DNA of 62,268 bases, the filler included, from Nemertoderma westbladi (Eukaryota > Animalia > Xenacoelomorpha), in NCBI GenBank assembly GCA_032718475.1. It is 5 parts of 5 records of this genome, joined end to end, with 100 filler letters (N's around TTAATTAATTAA, not from the genome) between each part and the next. Parts side by side here need not be neighbours in the genome. Positions count along the whole stretch, not along the records: positions 35,413 to 45,172 come from JAUCBJ010007982.1; positions 45,273 to 54,417 come from JAUCBJ010006454.1; 3 more parts are not named here. One strand, 5' to 3'. The translations under genes were made by a program, and so were the position numbers. Below, one piece after another: positions 36,766 through 49,900 of this stretch. The stretch's first letter is position 1; every line of letters begins with the position of its first letter. The notes beneath the pieces are model-generated. The model searched no databases. It worked only from the letters and a program-made list of their open reading frames with translations, and was not told the DNA's origin.

Positions 36766-37099
36766 AGATCTTAGACATACAATAGAGCAACTGGTATACC
36801 TGGCATTTCACCTGCCGGGACGTTACGAATGTTACCAGTATATTGCCTATAAAACTCCACGGCTGTAAGACATAAAACAACAAGTTGGGGGGGGGGAGTC
36901 AACACCGTCCTGTATATTGATAGAAATGTACTGTACTATATTTTATTATATTGTATTGTGTACTACATTTATACTACAATATCAAGGCGTTGGGATGGGG
37001 CGGGGGGTAAATTTAATACTTTTATTTGATAAAATCAAATATTTTAATAAACTAAATTTGAGTGCATCCGCAGTAGTTATATTTATTTATTATTATTAC

Positions 37100-37518
37100 C
37101 TTTAATCCAGGCCTTAGTCCATAAATACGAATAATACAAGCACACAACAAATCAAGCACAGAGTAAGAGTAAGTAGGTCACTGAAATATTACCTAAGAAA
37201 GAATACGTGATATTAAATTAATACTACAAGTACGCGAGATCTACGTAAAATAGAATTGCAAGTTGTGTCAATTCTACGCAATAAACTTTGTTTGGAACGG
37301 TACCGAATATGGCAAAACATTGGAAGGTTTAACCTTCCGAATTGTAGAGACATACTTGTAGGTTCACCGTCGGTAACCCGCGGAATATTAAACAAAAAAC
37401 GTGCACAGTTATTGTAAGCCACACGAATCTTATTGTAACATATCTGTGAATAGTTATGAGCATTCCACAGACTGTTGCAATATATAGGGGTGCAATATGC
37501 CCGAAAAAGAGTGAGCAT
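37100..37518 (-). mobile_element. LINE 3' fragment (RTEX-like)
   Basis: LFRAYCTPIYCNSLW..KIRVAYNNCAR post-RT motif. Clade assignment is from memory. Confidence 0.7.
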
Positions 37519-37519
37519 C

Positions 37520-39130
37520 AGAGGGGCATGGGGGAGGAGGTGTGAGAGTTTGGAGAGAAAGTGGAGAGTGCGAGATCCAAGTGTGGGGGCGAGCAGTGTA
37601 GAAGATGATCCTATGGGACTAGTGAGCGAGGAGATTGGACGATAGATTCAGGGATAAAAATTGTGTGAGTGTGAGTCATGACCAGACAGAGGATAAAGGC
37701 CCAGGAGTTCCGGTGGGGGTTCTTTAACATCAACCAACAGGCCCACCAGGAGGAGACTGCCATTCACCTACCAGGAGGTAGCTACAGCGGCATCACATGG
37801 AGCGGTTATTAACACCCAAAGGTACCTCGACAGGTGATCGCCAGAGAATAGGATGGAGTTCAGGAGCTTTCTGGCGGAACATGTGCCGCATGGCATGAAG
37901 ATCATCATGTGGGACACTACCAGAGGAAAGCAGGAGGGACACTCAGTGGGACCACCAGCGAAATGATACCGCAAAATGATAACACCCGCGCCCAGGGATC
38001 CAACTACAGGCCACAAGGGTTGGCAAAGCTATATCGGCACGGATGCGTACCCTGAAGAACAAACAGGAGGAAAAGAAGCGCACGAGACAGGATGATGATA
38101 GGGGCAAGGAGATGGGATGGTTTCCAGAGGGAATGGGAGGAGGACTTTAGGACTGGTCACAGACCGTATTGATGTGCCTGGAAGGCATTGTGAGGACTGA
38201 AACTAACTGATAACTCAAGGCCCACACCTTTTTATATAAGTGCAATCAATACATACCATATATGTACGTGTACATAATCAATCAAAAGTGCAATACGTAG
38301 AGCAAGAAAGAATATAATGTACGTACTTAGTCAGATACAACCTTTTCCAATTAGCTACTGGGACTGGGGACTAATTGACTGAAACAGGAGGATGAGACAA
38401 TGATGGAACTCACTTACATGGTGTACACATATGTGAGACCCGACAGCAGTGTAGAGAGTGAGAGTAAAACGGGGTCGAGTATGAGAGGAATATGCTGAGG
38501 AGGTACGAGAGTTTGGGGAAAGATGAAAGGCGCGAGATTCAAGTGTGGGGGGCGAGCTGAGCGGAGGATGAGTCCTAATGGGACTAACGAAGTGAGGTAG
38601 TGAAGAGATCGGATAATATCCGGGGAGAAAATTGAGTGAGGAAGAAGGACGATCGTCTAAATAGAGACGCCAGATGCCTTGGTACAACTTAGCTCGCAGA
38701 TGTACCAAGGTTGGGTAGTGAGAACAGTCCAAGAGGGGCCACTCTAGAACACTGGCCCAAGAAAAGAACTCCATCACACAACCATGTAGATTGGTGTATT
38801 AGATTGGTTTCCAGCGGAATTGGATCGCACTTTAAGTTGATGCTATCTTCTCACCGGGAAGATAGCATGGGGGGAGTGTTAGCGGATCCAATTATCTGCA
38901 CCACCCAGCGGAAAATGGGGAAAGGCATGATTTACGAATCATGATTGGATTATGCGATATTACCAATATAATATCGCAAACCGAAGACACCAGGGCAATA
39001 TACATTGCCACCTAGAGAGAGAGATTCCAGCACATTAGCTCATCTCAGGGGGAAGCTAGCACAGGACCAGGGGAAAATAGGGATTGGCTGGAGAATAGAT
39101 CAACCAATGATAGGGCGGCTTACCATCAAT
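37520..39130 (+). pseudogene. Two diverged purine-rich copies of a degenerate sequence upstream of the LINE ORF2 (possible ORF1 remnants)
   Basis: GAGAGTTTGG..GCGAGAT(C/T)CAAGTGTGGGGG..GAGC..CCTA(A)TGGGACTA occurs at ~37544 and ~38507. No long ORF. Confidence 0.45.
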
Positions 39131-39329
39131 TATCGCGCATTCACTGGTAGGCCAAACCTAGGTAGGAATGTATATCCTATGTAATATATGTACGTACATT
39201 CGGATATCACGTGCAGCCCAGACTTCTGGCACCCCAGCATCAAATGTTGCCAGTGGAAATCCCAGAAAACTACAAATACAGTCACCATAACCCGCCATGC
39301 ACACAGCTATGGACATGTAGGGGCCCACC

Positions 39330-42300
39330 GTGAGAGGCAACATATTTAACCAAAATGACACCCCCCAGCAGCATCTAATTCCCCATGTTAAATCCCTTCG
39401 AATGGCCACATACAACTGCAGGGGATTAAATACAAGCACGTATTACATCTCCAACATTTTATCTAATGTGGAAATATTGGCTGTTCAGGAACACTGGCTC
39501 GACTCAATAGAGGCGAAGGTGCTACTCAACAACCTACACAACAAATTTGACTGCGAATATTCAATATCACATTTGATGGTAAACCCAAACAGGCGGCATG
39601 GTGCAGGTGGCGTAGCGCTCTGGTACCAGGCCGACCTACTCAAAGACATTTCCCCTATCCATTCTGGAGACGATATTGTAGGAATCAGAGGGAGTTTGCA
39701 TGGGCAGAGTAACCCACTGCTGATCCTTTCATGTTATGCCCCTGACATCAGCAAAGATTCATCTATGTACAATGATTTTCTTGGAAGGTTGGAGGGAATA
39801 CTCGAGGCAAACCTCAATGCCACACCAATCATTCTCCGTGACACCAAGGGCGATCTTGGTCCCCTACAAGGACCACGATTTCAGAGATGCAGTGCTACCC
39901 CAAGAGGGACTCAACTTAATAACTTTCTACACTCAAATAATCTCTGCGCTGCTGACACATCATCGAAATTTACAGGTCCCACTATAACTTTTCATGGACA
40001 TGGCAGCTCCTATATATATCACGTTTTAACTGATATGACCCATGGCATTGATATGGTCACACATGGCAAGATACTCGAATCAGATCCTATTAACAATTCC
40101 TCCGATCATGTTCCAGTTCTTGTAAACTTTGACATACAAGTCCCACCCACTTTAGACAACAACACCACAAGGAAAAGAGTACACTTAACTAAATTCGCAT
40201 GGGACAAGGTCTCAGCAGACCATGTCATTACGTACAACAGGCTCGTTGGTGAAGGTATTCAAGAACTGCAGGCTAAGTCAGGAGTGCCCATCACCGAATG
40301 GACCTACACAAACCTGGATGAATATTCCAACAGCCTTCAGGATATCATCTTCCAGTCTGCAGTATCCACACTGCCTTTACGCAAGAAATTCAAGCTCTCC
40401 AAAAACATTAGAATACGGTCGACTATTCTTCAGGAAAGGTCTAAAACAACTAAGGAGCTCTATAAGATGTGGTGCAAGCAGGACAAGGACAGCGATAGTG
40501 TTCTGAAAGGCGCATTCAAAGAGTCACGACGCTCAGTGCGACGGCTTAAAAACTGGCTCTCCCGCAACTTAGTTGCAAACGATGTCCATAGGAACTCAAC
40601 TCTCCTTCACAAAGATCCGAAACATTTCTGGGATAAATTCAAAAACAAATCATCCATAATTCCACCATCAAGTATCCAGGAGAATATTAGAGACAAACTC
40701 AATGATGAACATCTGGCAAACAAGGATACAGATCCCCAGGTACGGAGACTGCAGCAGGAACTTAGAGAGAAATGCAAATCAGCAGACATCCCAACAGTAT
40801 CTCCCTCAATGGTTTGGAAGGCACTTTCACAGCTATCAAAAGGCAAGGCCCCTGACATAGCATCCCTTGTCATAGAACAATTCCTCATCCTTGATGCAGA
40901 CCTCATATGTCCAGTTCTAGCAAACATAATCAATGCCTGCTTTATACTAGGAGAAGTCCAAAAGCTCTTTGGAGAAACAATAATTACACACTTGTACAAA
41001 GGAAAGGGCCGAAATCCACTCCTACGCCCCTCGTACCGGCCAATTGCCACTGTCAGTATTTTCGCCAAGATGTTTGAGGCTATCGTTCTCCACGAATTTA
41101 TCACCACTAAACAACTGGTGCCGCCAAACCAGTTTGCATACCAACAGAGGATCGGCCCAGACCTACTGCTAGGAGCCATTCTCGAATGCATAGAGCATCA
41201 GCGAAGATCCGGGGAATCAATCTACATGTGTCAGCTCGACGTAACCGCCGCTTTTGACAATGTGAATTTCGTGATCCTCTTTGAGAAGCTCAAAGATATT
41301 TTGAACCCACACATTTGCCTATCCCTACTGGCGTACTACACCTGTACAGTGGCGTATCTAAAATGTGGCCCTATCATAGAACTGGTCGGTATTCCCATGT
41401 CAAAGGGAGTCAAACAGGGCTCTCTACTCTCTCTGCTGCTCTTTAACTTATATACAGGGGACGCTCTGCGGACGATAGATAATAAAGGGTACGGATTTAG
41501 GATCAACGACATATGGCTAGGCGTCGTAGCATTTGCTGACGATATTCTAATTACAGCCAAATCAACACTAGAGGTGGAACAGCTAATCAATAGCATTACC
41601 AACGAACTAAAAGACGTAGACCTTGACATTCAAAGCATCAAAACGAAGTGGACCTTCTTTCCCGGTCAGGGCCACAGCTCAAAGGAGGCCCCAACATTTC
41701 TAACAGCAAACGGCAATATAATACCTTCCGAACAGTCCATGACCTTTCTCGGCTACAAATTCACCCCCGAAGGGAACAACTTAGGATTTTGCATACGCAC
41801 TATTGCTTCGGTGGCGGACACCTTCCACAGGAACAGCTGGACTGTGCGTTGGCTTGGCACAAAGACACTGGGTCATATGTGGAATTCGATTGCAGTTCCA
41901 ATACTAACTTATTAAATGAAATTCATCATTGGGTCTCTCTCTCAGTCCGAGGCAGCACAGCTGGAGATTTATTATCGTAAAGCGCTGCGTGGAATTCTCC
42001 ATTTAGGAACATACGCGAGCAATCAAATAGTATACAGCCTCCTCAGCTGTCGTCCGATATCAACAGAAGCCTTCAGGGCAGCAATTGGCACCATTTTGAG
42101 ATGTACAACATGCCCGAACATGATCCTACAGCCCATCTTGAGAACTGCAATTCACACCAATTCAGCTGTCATACGCTCGTATGCTGGCCTTGCAAGCTCA
42201 TACTCTAAATCCTGTGTACACTTCCCTATGCCGGACATTTCATCCATACTCACCTATACTTACAGCAAACACGCCCTGTTATCGAGACTAGAGGAAGGGT

Positions 42301-42392
42301 CACTAACTGTGAGGGGGGGGGGGGGGGGGGGGGGGGTAGCCTACCTCAACCATAACCAATCCCTACATCTTTTGCTACGGCCATACACCTAA
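39330..42392 (+). pseudogene. Near full-length LINE ORF2 (APE endonuclease + RT), RTEX-like, inactivated
   Basis: TYNCRGL, VQEHWL, GGVA, SDH (EN); YRPI, AAFDNV, GVKQG, AFADD, FLG (RT). In-frame TAA at 41913-41915 then same-frame continuation. EN motifs altered (RDTKGD for GDxN; YIYH for IDH). Confidence 0.9.
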
Positions 42393-43118
42393 TACCCTAG
42401 ATATTTAGAAAAGGAAGCAACAGAGTATATGGAAATATTTAATCCATAGTGATATGAGAGTATCCTTGCTATCTACAAACTGATGATCCACAAATTCACA
42501 TTCGATTAGTTAGATTTAGATAATTTATCTTATTTCCAGCCAAAATATATTATTCGTATTGATCAATCTACAAAAATTAATTAGTTTTAAGACCTTATAA
42601 TTGGTCATTCTGAAATTTCATATATATTCAAAAAGGCAATAATACACACAAAAAGCAATTGAAGGGAAGCGAAAGAAAGGTTTATTTAATATGATCTGTA
42701 AAATCAAAAATTATTAATGTTTTGCGATTAAATGCACATAATAGAACATTCCAACGCCCATATCTATATATCCGCTTTATCTCAACACAATTTAATGGTA
42801 TTTAGTATAAACATTTTTTGGGGTTTTCTTTGTCGATTATTTTCTTTGTTCAATAATATATTGTAATAATTTTATTAAATTTTTTTGTGACATAGTGTAT
42901 CAGTTTTAGTAATCAGAGGGATCACCTTTGTTTAATTTTGATGTAATTTGTTGTTTAAAATGTTTAAAAACGTGCCAGCATTGTATTGGTTATCAGTGTT
43001 TTGTTGTCTGATTAATTTTGTGATTACTTAAATAGTAATTGTTTGGTTTTGGCCAGGAACCATTAGTCCAGGTATAAGCGGAACCATACAAGGAGTAGGC
43101 TAACCTCTATAGTTTGGC

Positions 43119-43926
43119 TGACTGACTGACTGACTGACTGACTGACTGACTGACTGACTGACTGACTGACTGACTGACTGACTGACTGACTGACTGACTG
43201 ACTGACTGACTGACTGACTGACTGACTGACTGACTGACTGACTGACTGACTGACTGACTGACTGACTGACTGACTGACTGACTGACTGACTGACTGACTG
43301 ACTGACTGACTGACTGACTGACTGACTGACTGACTGACTGACTGACTGACTGACTGACTGACTGACTGACTGACTGACTGACTGACTGACTGACTGACTG
43401 ACTGACTGACTGACTGACTGACTGACTGACTGACTGACTGACTGACTGACTGACTGACTGACTGACTGACTGACTGACTGACTGACTGACTGACTGACTG
43501 ACTGACTGACTGACTGACTGACTGACTGACTGACTGACTGACTGACTGACTGACTGACTGACTGACTGACTGACTGACTGACTGACTGACTGACTGACTG
43601 ACTGACTGACTGACTGACTGACTGACTGACTGACTGACTGACTGACTGACTGACTGACTGACTGACTGACTGACTGACTGACTGACTGACTGACTGACTG
43701 ACTGACTGACTGACTGACTGACTGACTGACTGACTGACTGACTGACTGACTGACTGACTGACTGACTGACTGACTGACTGACTGACTGACTGACTGACTG
43801 ACTGACTGACTGACTGACTGACTGACTGACTGACTGACTGACTGACTGACTGACTGACTGACTGACTGACTGACTGACTGACTGACTGACTGACTGACTG
43901 ACTGACTGACTGACTGACTGACTGAC
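43119..43926. repeat. (ACTG)n microsatellite, ~200 units
   Basis: Uninterrupted tetranucleotide run of ~808 bp. Confidence 0.99.
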
Positions 43927-43934
43927 GGTGGACA

Positions 43935-44475
43935 GTCTATGATTTGAGACGCCTCTTAAAGGACGCTGGACTTAGTTGCGGATAAACACACCCTAGCTAC
44001 CGTATAGGATAGGGAGTTGTGGCGGCGCAATTTTGTTGACCAGCCGGCACAGCATCACCACATATATGACTATATAATAATGCTCCTATCCAATGCAGTA
44101 TGCCGATAGCACATCCTCCAAAAGGGAGGAATGGGAGTATCCACCCTTCACTTATATTTACCCAATCAAACCAAATTATATCCTAAGCGTTCTAAGATTT
44201 GGAAGTCACACAGTATTAATCGGAAACTTAAGGTCCGATTATTTAGAGCAGCAGTAGTTCCAGTACTCCTCTATGGGAGTCCATGCTGGGCTCTAACTGC
44301 TGAGGACACCAAATCTCTGGATGGCACATTCACAAGAATGCTACGCCGGGTTCATTGTGACAAGTACAATGCACACATCTCCAACCAGACACTATATAAC
44401 ATTGGAGGTGTCTCATTGGTTCCCCCAAGGGTTGACACTTGAACAAAGCCGCTTCCGCGTTGCAGGGCATTGCTG
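43935..44475 (+). mobile_element. Rearranged fragments of RTE family A
   Basis: 43935-44107 matches ~25435-25595 (3' end). 44190-44475 is nearly identical to ~25080-25365. Confidence 0.88.
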
Positions 44476-44671
44476 GACTCGGACAATTCCGACACGGAAA
44501 ATAAAGACCAATTTTGAAATGGGTCGGAATTGTCCAAACTTCAATTATATTTTATTTTAAACAAAATAATAGAAGTTTATTAATTACTACTCCAAATAAA
44601 TTATTAATTAGGGTTAGAAATATATTACATTATATACAACCACAGAGATTATTAAATATTTGCGAACTTCC

Positions 44672-45172
44672 TTAAAGGTCGGACTCTAATCTCAACAACT
44701 CGGCCTTAGCTAGTAACTCAGTATTCGGACACTCGCGGACGATATCAGTCACCATATCGGCGAACAAACCATCGAACTCAGCGTGAGCGACCGACTGCCG
44801 GTGTACGACGCCAACCGCCGAACTCAACAACGTCTCCGCCACAGTGGCGGCAACACCATGGCGGTTGGCGTCGTTTCGTCGACGATGCGTCGCTGCGGAA
44901 ACCGACAAGTACTGGAGACCGGCGCGACCGACGCTGTCTGCGACGGGCGTCGATTTGGATCGAGTCCGCCCCATGGGGTCCCGCGATGTTGCTGCATCCA
45001 TCCGGATCGCATCCCTACCCCCGGAATCCCTCCCCGCATCCCTCCCGAGCAACGCAAGCAGTCGCGACCGACTGAGGGAGGAAGTCGTCGTCGAACCCAG
45101 CGAACCGAACAATTTCTCCGCGGCGACGATATCCGCGGCAGTAACCGCCTCCCTATTCAGCGTCCGAAGAGC
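44672..45172 (-). CDS. Unidentified GC-rich reading frame running into the gap (possible terminal exon or foreign gene)
   Basis: Frame open from the contig end (ALRTLNREAVTAADIVAAEKLFGS...KAELLRLESDL*). GC/CpG content drops sharply after the stop. Confidence 0.4.
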   Translation of the reverse strand, partial: ALRTLNREAVTAADIVAAEKLFGSLGSTTTSSLSRSRLLALLGRDAGRDSGGRDAIRMDAATSRDPMGRTRSKSTPVADSVGRAGLQYLSVSAATHRRRNDANRHGVAATVAETLLSSAVGVVHRQSVAHAEFDGLFADMVTDIVRECPNTELLAKAELLRLESDL

Positions 45173-45276
45173 NNNNNNNNNNNNNNNNNNNNNNNNNNNN
45201 NNNNNNNNNNNNNNNNTTAATTAATTAANNNNNNNNNNNNNNNNNNNNNNNNNNNNNNNNNNNNNNNNNNNNGATA

Positions 45277-46401
45277 ATGAACTTTTCGATATTTAAAATA
45301 AGAAGGATAAATCAACTTTTGGTTGCGATAATATTTATCGTAACAGCTACAACCTTATATATTTGGAATGGAAGAACTATTATGTTGGGACCATCTAACC
45401 CATTGTTAAATGTCCATCTGTCTTTTAATCCCATCCGCCTGTATGTACCAGACAAAGTAAAACCATCAGAGACAAACTACAGCACGAATCCAACTCAGGG
45501 GGAAAGCGAGCCGATTTGTTCAAACGGAGAGCCACTTGTTCCGAATATAGTACATCTCATTTGGTTACACCAAGCCGAATTCCAATTTTTACACTACATA
45601 TGCCTGTTATCAGTTTACAAAAATATGAAACCGGAAGTAATTTATTTTCATACAAATATGGGGCTTAATTTCACCGGAAGTAATGGATATACACATCCTT
45701 GGTTTACCAAAGTCAAGGAGGAGGTCCCAATACTGGTTATTAAGGAAACTGTTGCCCCAGAGACTGTGTTTAATATTCCGTTATCAAGAAACCCAACGTT
45801 TCGCGCTTCACACCAAACTGATGTTCTGCGATTTAAAATACTCAGAGAATTTGGGGGAATGTACGTAGACGGCGATGTGTTTGGAGTCCAACCCGTCTCT
45901 CATTCCATCCGTTGCTATGACTACAGTGCGGATAGGGACACTCATGGAGCCAATAATCTAGGATCTGGAGTTATTGTTGCCAGGAAAAATTCTACCTTCC
46001 TAAAGTTGGTGTCGGAAAGTTTCCGCCACTATAATGGAAAATGTTGGGGGTGTGCCGCAATTGTAGAACCTGGAAAAATTTTCTCAAAATCTCCACATTT
46101 GGTTAATGTGGTCGAAGATGGATTCATTTACCCGAAATGGTCTCAATATGGCCGCCAACTGTATACTGAATACAATTGGTGGAGCGGTAGGTACACGGTG
46201 CATTTGTGGATGCGACCATGGCAGATGTGGGATCACAATGAGAAAATTACACAGGACAATGTGCATTGCGTTGATTCTGCTTTGGGGGAAATTCTCCGTT
46301 CATTCAATCACATCGATAGAATTTGTACGGAGGCTGAACGGGGTAGTTTGCTTCCGGCCTACGTAAAGAATCGCAATAAATTCAGAAGGAAGACTCGGTG
46401 A
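45277..46401 (+). CDS. GT32 (alpha-1,4-GalT/GlcNAcT-like) DXD glycosyltransferase, type II membrane protein, intronless
   Basis: N-terminal TM (LLVAIIFIVTATTLYIW), VPNIVHLIW, HQTDVLRFKILREFGGMYVDGDV, YTVHLW. AATAAA at ~46466. Confidence 0.9.
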   Translation: MNFSIFKIRRINQLLVAIIFIVTATTLYIWNGRTIMLGPSNPLLNVHLSFNPIRLYVPDKVKPSETNYSTNPTQGESEPICSNGEPLVPNIVHLIWLHQAEFQFLHYICLLSVYKNMKPEVIYFHTNMGLNFTGSNGYTHPWFTKVKEEVPILVIKETVAPETVFNIPLSRNPTFRASHQTDVLRFKILREFGGMYVDGDVFGVQPVSHSIRCYDYSADRDTHGANNLGSGVIVARKNSTFLKLVSESFRHYNGKCWGCAAIVEPGKIFSKSPHLVNVVEDGFIYPKWSQYGRQLYTEYNWWSGRYTVHLWMRPWQMWDHNEKITQDNVHCVDSALGEILRSFNHIDRICTEAERGSLLPAYVKNRNKFRRKTR

Positions 46402-46857
46402 TCTCACGCGGTAAACTCCCTCCAACACGGTTTACGGTGTTGCCAGACGATATACAGTAAAAGGAAATAAAACATCAATATATATAACTAAGGTGATGAA
46501 ATGACAAATATGGGCCAATATTAATGATGGTTATAATTTTGAAATATCAATATTACATAACATCATGTACAGTACGGAGTACATGCTCCCATCCCATGGT
46601 AATGCAACACTACCGGTAACAAACACACCCCTGTTTACAGATTCCTCAGCACGCTAACACAGGTTATTGTTGCCAACCAAATTTTGAAACCCATCAAATA
46701 TAATCAATTATTTGTGTCCCTTGTTTCTTACGTTATACGGGTTTGTGATGGTCCTGAATCAATCCGATCAATCAATAAAAATAGCACTGGACATCTTAAA
46801 CTTGTACTTTTTGATGATGGGTACAAAATTAGGTGCTAAGCACCATAATTAGCCTTA

Positions 46858-47112
46858 CTACTACTGTACTACTACTAAGTCGAGCGAACTCGGACAGTGG
46901 AAATGAGATCCTTCCAGGCTTCCCGATTCTCCATAGTTGTCACAATTTCGTTTCTCCCAAGTTCAGTATCCCTTTCAAGTTGATCTATATATGTTATGGC
47001 CGGTCGTCCACGACTACGCTTTCCATGAGTTGGTTGCCAGATAAGTAGATCTGGTATGACCTCGTCTTTACTTCGCCAGCAGTGCCCACTGAATCTTAAT
47101 CTGCGTTCACGG
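46858..47112 (-). mobile_element. Short 5'-truncated RTE LINE (family B)
   Basis: Nearly identical to ~57767-58018. (TAG)n tail. 10-bp TSD ATTAGCCTTA (46848-46857 / 47113-47122). Confidence 0.92.
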
Positions 47113-47588
47113 ATTAGCCTTATTACTCCGAAAAATACGAGTACCAATGATCCGGAAAAATGTAAATGTATTCCATTAGATTCAGCGCTCCATAAAACAT
47201 AAAAATGTCAATTTATAGCATCGTATAAGTCAATTAAAATTGTTGTTTTCAAACTGAAAAGTGCTGGTTAATGTTTTTTTTTCATTTTTTGCCTACGTAG
47301 AAGACTAAAACTGCCATTTATAGCAATCAGATCATTTTAAAACATTTTCCAATGGATTCACCGCCCCAGAAAACCGGTATACATATACAGAAAAGATTTA
47401 GCTGAAAATTGTGACTTTCACATTTTTTGAATATTGTTCACTTACTTTAAATTTTGGTGCTGCGAAGTAACCACCCCAGTAAATTTTTTCGAAATATTTT
47501 TTTCCTTCTGATTCTAGTATTCTATACTAGTGAAATCTACGACAAACAATAAAATTAGATGTTTTCGTTAAAACTTGTAGATTTTAAT

Positions 47589-47621
<33 letters not shown>

Positions 47622-48639
47622 CGGTCTAAATGACCCCCCCCCCCCCCCCGGTATTTGTACATTTTATAGCCCGGTATTAATAGGGTAAATAACAGCTCAA
47701 CGGTTTATTCAACGAAGCCGCGGCCGCACTTTCTTGGGTTTCGATACAGATTCGGTCTCAACGACTATTATGTCTCATGTCAACGACGATGCTATTCAAC
47801 CATTAGCGTGTTGTGTCGACATGTATGTACTGTATGTTATGTACTGTATTGATGTTATATTAAAATTCGAATAAGGAATGAGCATTAGAAATTTGCAAAA
47901 ACCTGGTACTGAGTGTTATAGATGTAATAAAATATATTTAGTTTATTTATAATAGCATAACAATATATTATATTATTAATAATTTAACATATTATATTTT
48001 GAGGAGGTTCAAAATATAACAATTAACTATTATTAACTTGAAGAATTAAAGAATTATAATCAACCATGTTTTATATGATTACTATGATAAGGGCTTTATA
48101 AACCAAGCGCCAGCATGGATTGATACTGTAATATAATTGAAATAGGCCTATAATGAGACGCGAACTACAATATTTTCAAGTGCTAGACGGTCAGGGCCCC
48201 AACCGCAGGTTATCGTGTTCGGAGAACCCGAATCCGTGCTCGGCCACGGTACTAGCATTGCGCAGGCCTTTATACTGTAGATTGGCCGGAATTTCTGGGA
48301 GAAGCTTTTCTCAGAAACTAAGCGAAAACCAACAATAGGATGTTCCTAGACCCCCCCCCCCCCCCCAAAAAAAATTTATCCAGAAGACTTTTTCCCATAT
48401 ACATTACGTTTCAAAAGTCTACGGTTCTCCGTCTAGGGCCAATTTGAGTCAAAAAGTCAGCCTCCCTAGCAACCTCGTTGCTATGGAGCTACAGCCAAAA
48501 CGGCTAATGCTACGGAGTTGGGACCGGCGCCAATCAATAGGCAGCATATGGGTTTACCTTCACAACTTCGAGTTTGAAGTTGCCCGATCATGATCTTGAC
48601 CATGATCAGCAAAGATCAGTTTTGATCAGCAATCGGACA

Positions 48640-49900
48640 CTCAAGGCTTGCACCAATCGAAAAACTTAACATTACAAAAAAATTCAGCGACCCCACATTA
48701 GTCATGATTCCCGTTAAAAGATTTTAAAAAAAGTGAAGTCTTCCTGATCAAAACACAAGATCATGATCGCGCAAAGATCGGACTTCGTAAAATCGTAACT
48801 AAGCATTTTGGATATAAACAATTACTGTATGAAACGTTCAGAACACCGCCCTGAGTCGATCAAAAAAAATTGGCTCGATCGGACAACCGGTTCTCGAGAT
48901 CTGATACCTGATCATTAAAGATCGTGTTTTTCGGTTTTTTCAAATTTTCTCGAAAACTTTGTTTGAGACCCCCGATTTTTTTTTACGAATTGACTTCTAT
49001 GATGAAGGGGCAACTTTTGAGCATTTCGAAATTTCCAAAAAGCGATTTGATCAGGCCGCGATCAGAAAAGATCGTGTTTTCGGTATTATTTCGAAAACCA
49101 AGTCCTGGGAGTTCACCGTATGGAAAAACTTTACATCACAAAAAGATTCCTCACCCTCGAATTATAGGGGGTAGCCAAAATTTGGGCATAAAAAAGTTCA
49201 AGTCTAGTGGGTCAAAACTCAAGATCATGATCGCGAAAAGATCAGTATATTTAAAATCGAATCTAAGCATTTTTCTAATAAACATTCATTGTAAGAAATG
49301 TTCAATGGTCTATTCTGAGTTGATTAAAAAAAAAATTGGCTCGATCGGTTAACCGGTTCTCGAGATCAGCTTCCTGATCATAAAAGATCGTGTTTTTCGG
49401 TTTTTCACGATTTTCTCGAAAACTTTGTTTGAGACCCCCGATTTTTTTTTTAATAATCGACTTCTATTAAGAAGGGGCAACTTTTAAGCATTTCGAAATT
49501 TTCAAAAAGCGATCATGGAAAGATCAGGAAAGATCATGTTTTCGGTTTTATTTCGAAGACCAAGTCCTGTGAGTTCACCGTATGAAAAAACTTAACATTA
49601 CAAAAAGATTCCTCACCCCGAATTAGGGGGGGTAGCCAAAATTTGACCATAAAAAAATTCAATTCTAGGGGGTCAAAAGATCGTGATCGCGAAATGATCA
49701 GTTTTTTCGAAATTACTTCTAAGCATTTTGGGGCAAAACTTTCAAACTAAAAAACATTCACTGGAGTGTTCTAAGTAGATTAAAAAAAATTTCGACTCAA
49801 TTGGCCTACCGGTACCGGAGATATGGTCGTCCAAAGTCTGCTTCCGGTAATTCGAAAATATTTCGAAAACCCTTGATCGAATTTTTTTCTTGAAAAAATG
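48640..49900. repeat. ~460-bp diverged tandem repeat (~3 units), GATC- and A-tract-rich, probably inside a non-autonomous DNA transposon
   Basis: AAAACTT(A/T)ACAT(T/C)ACAAAA at ~48661, 49125, 49586. TGGCTCGATCGG at 48871 and 49337. Confidence 0.8.
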
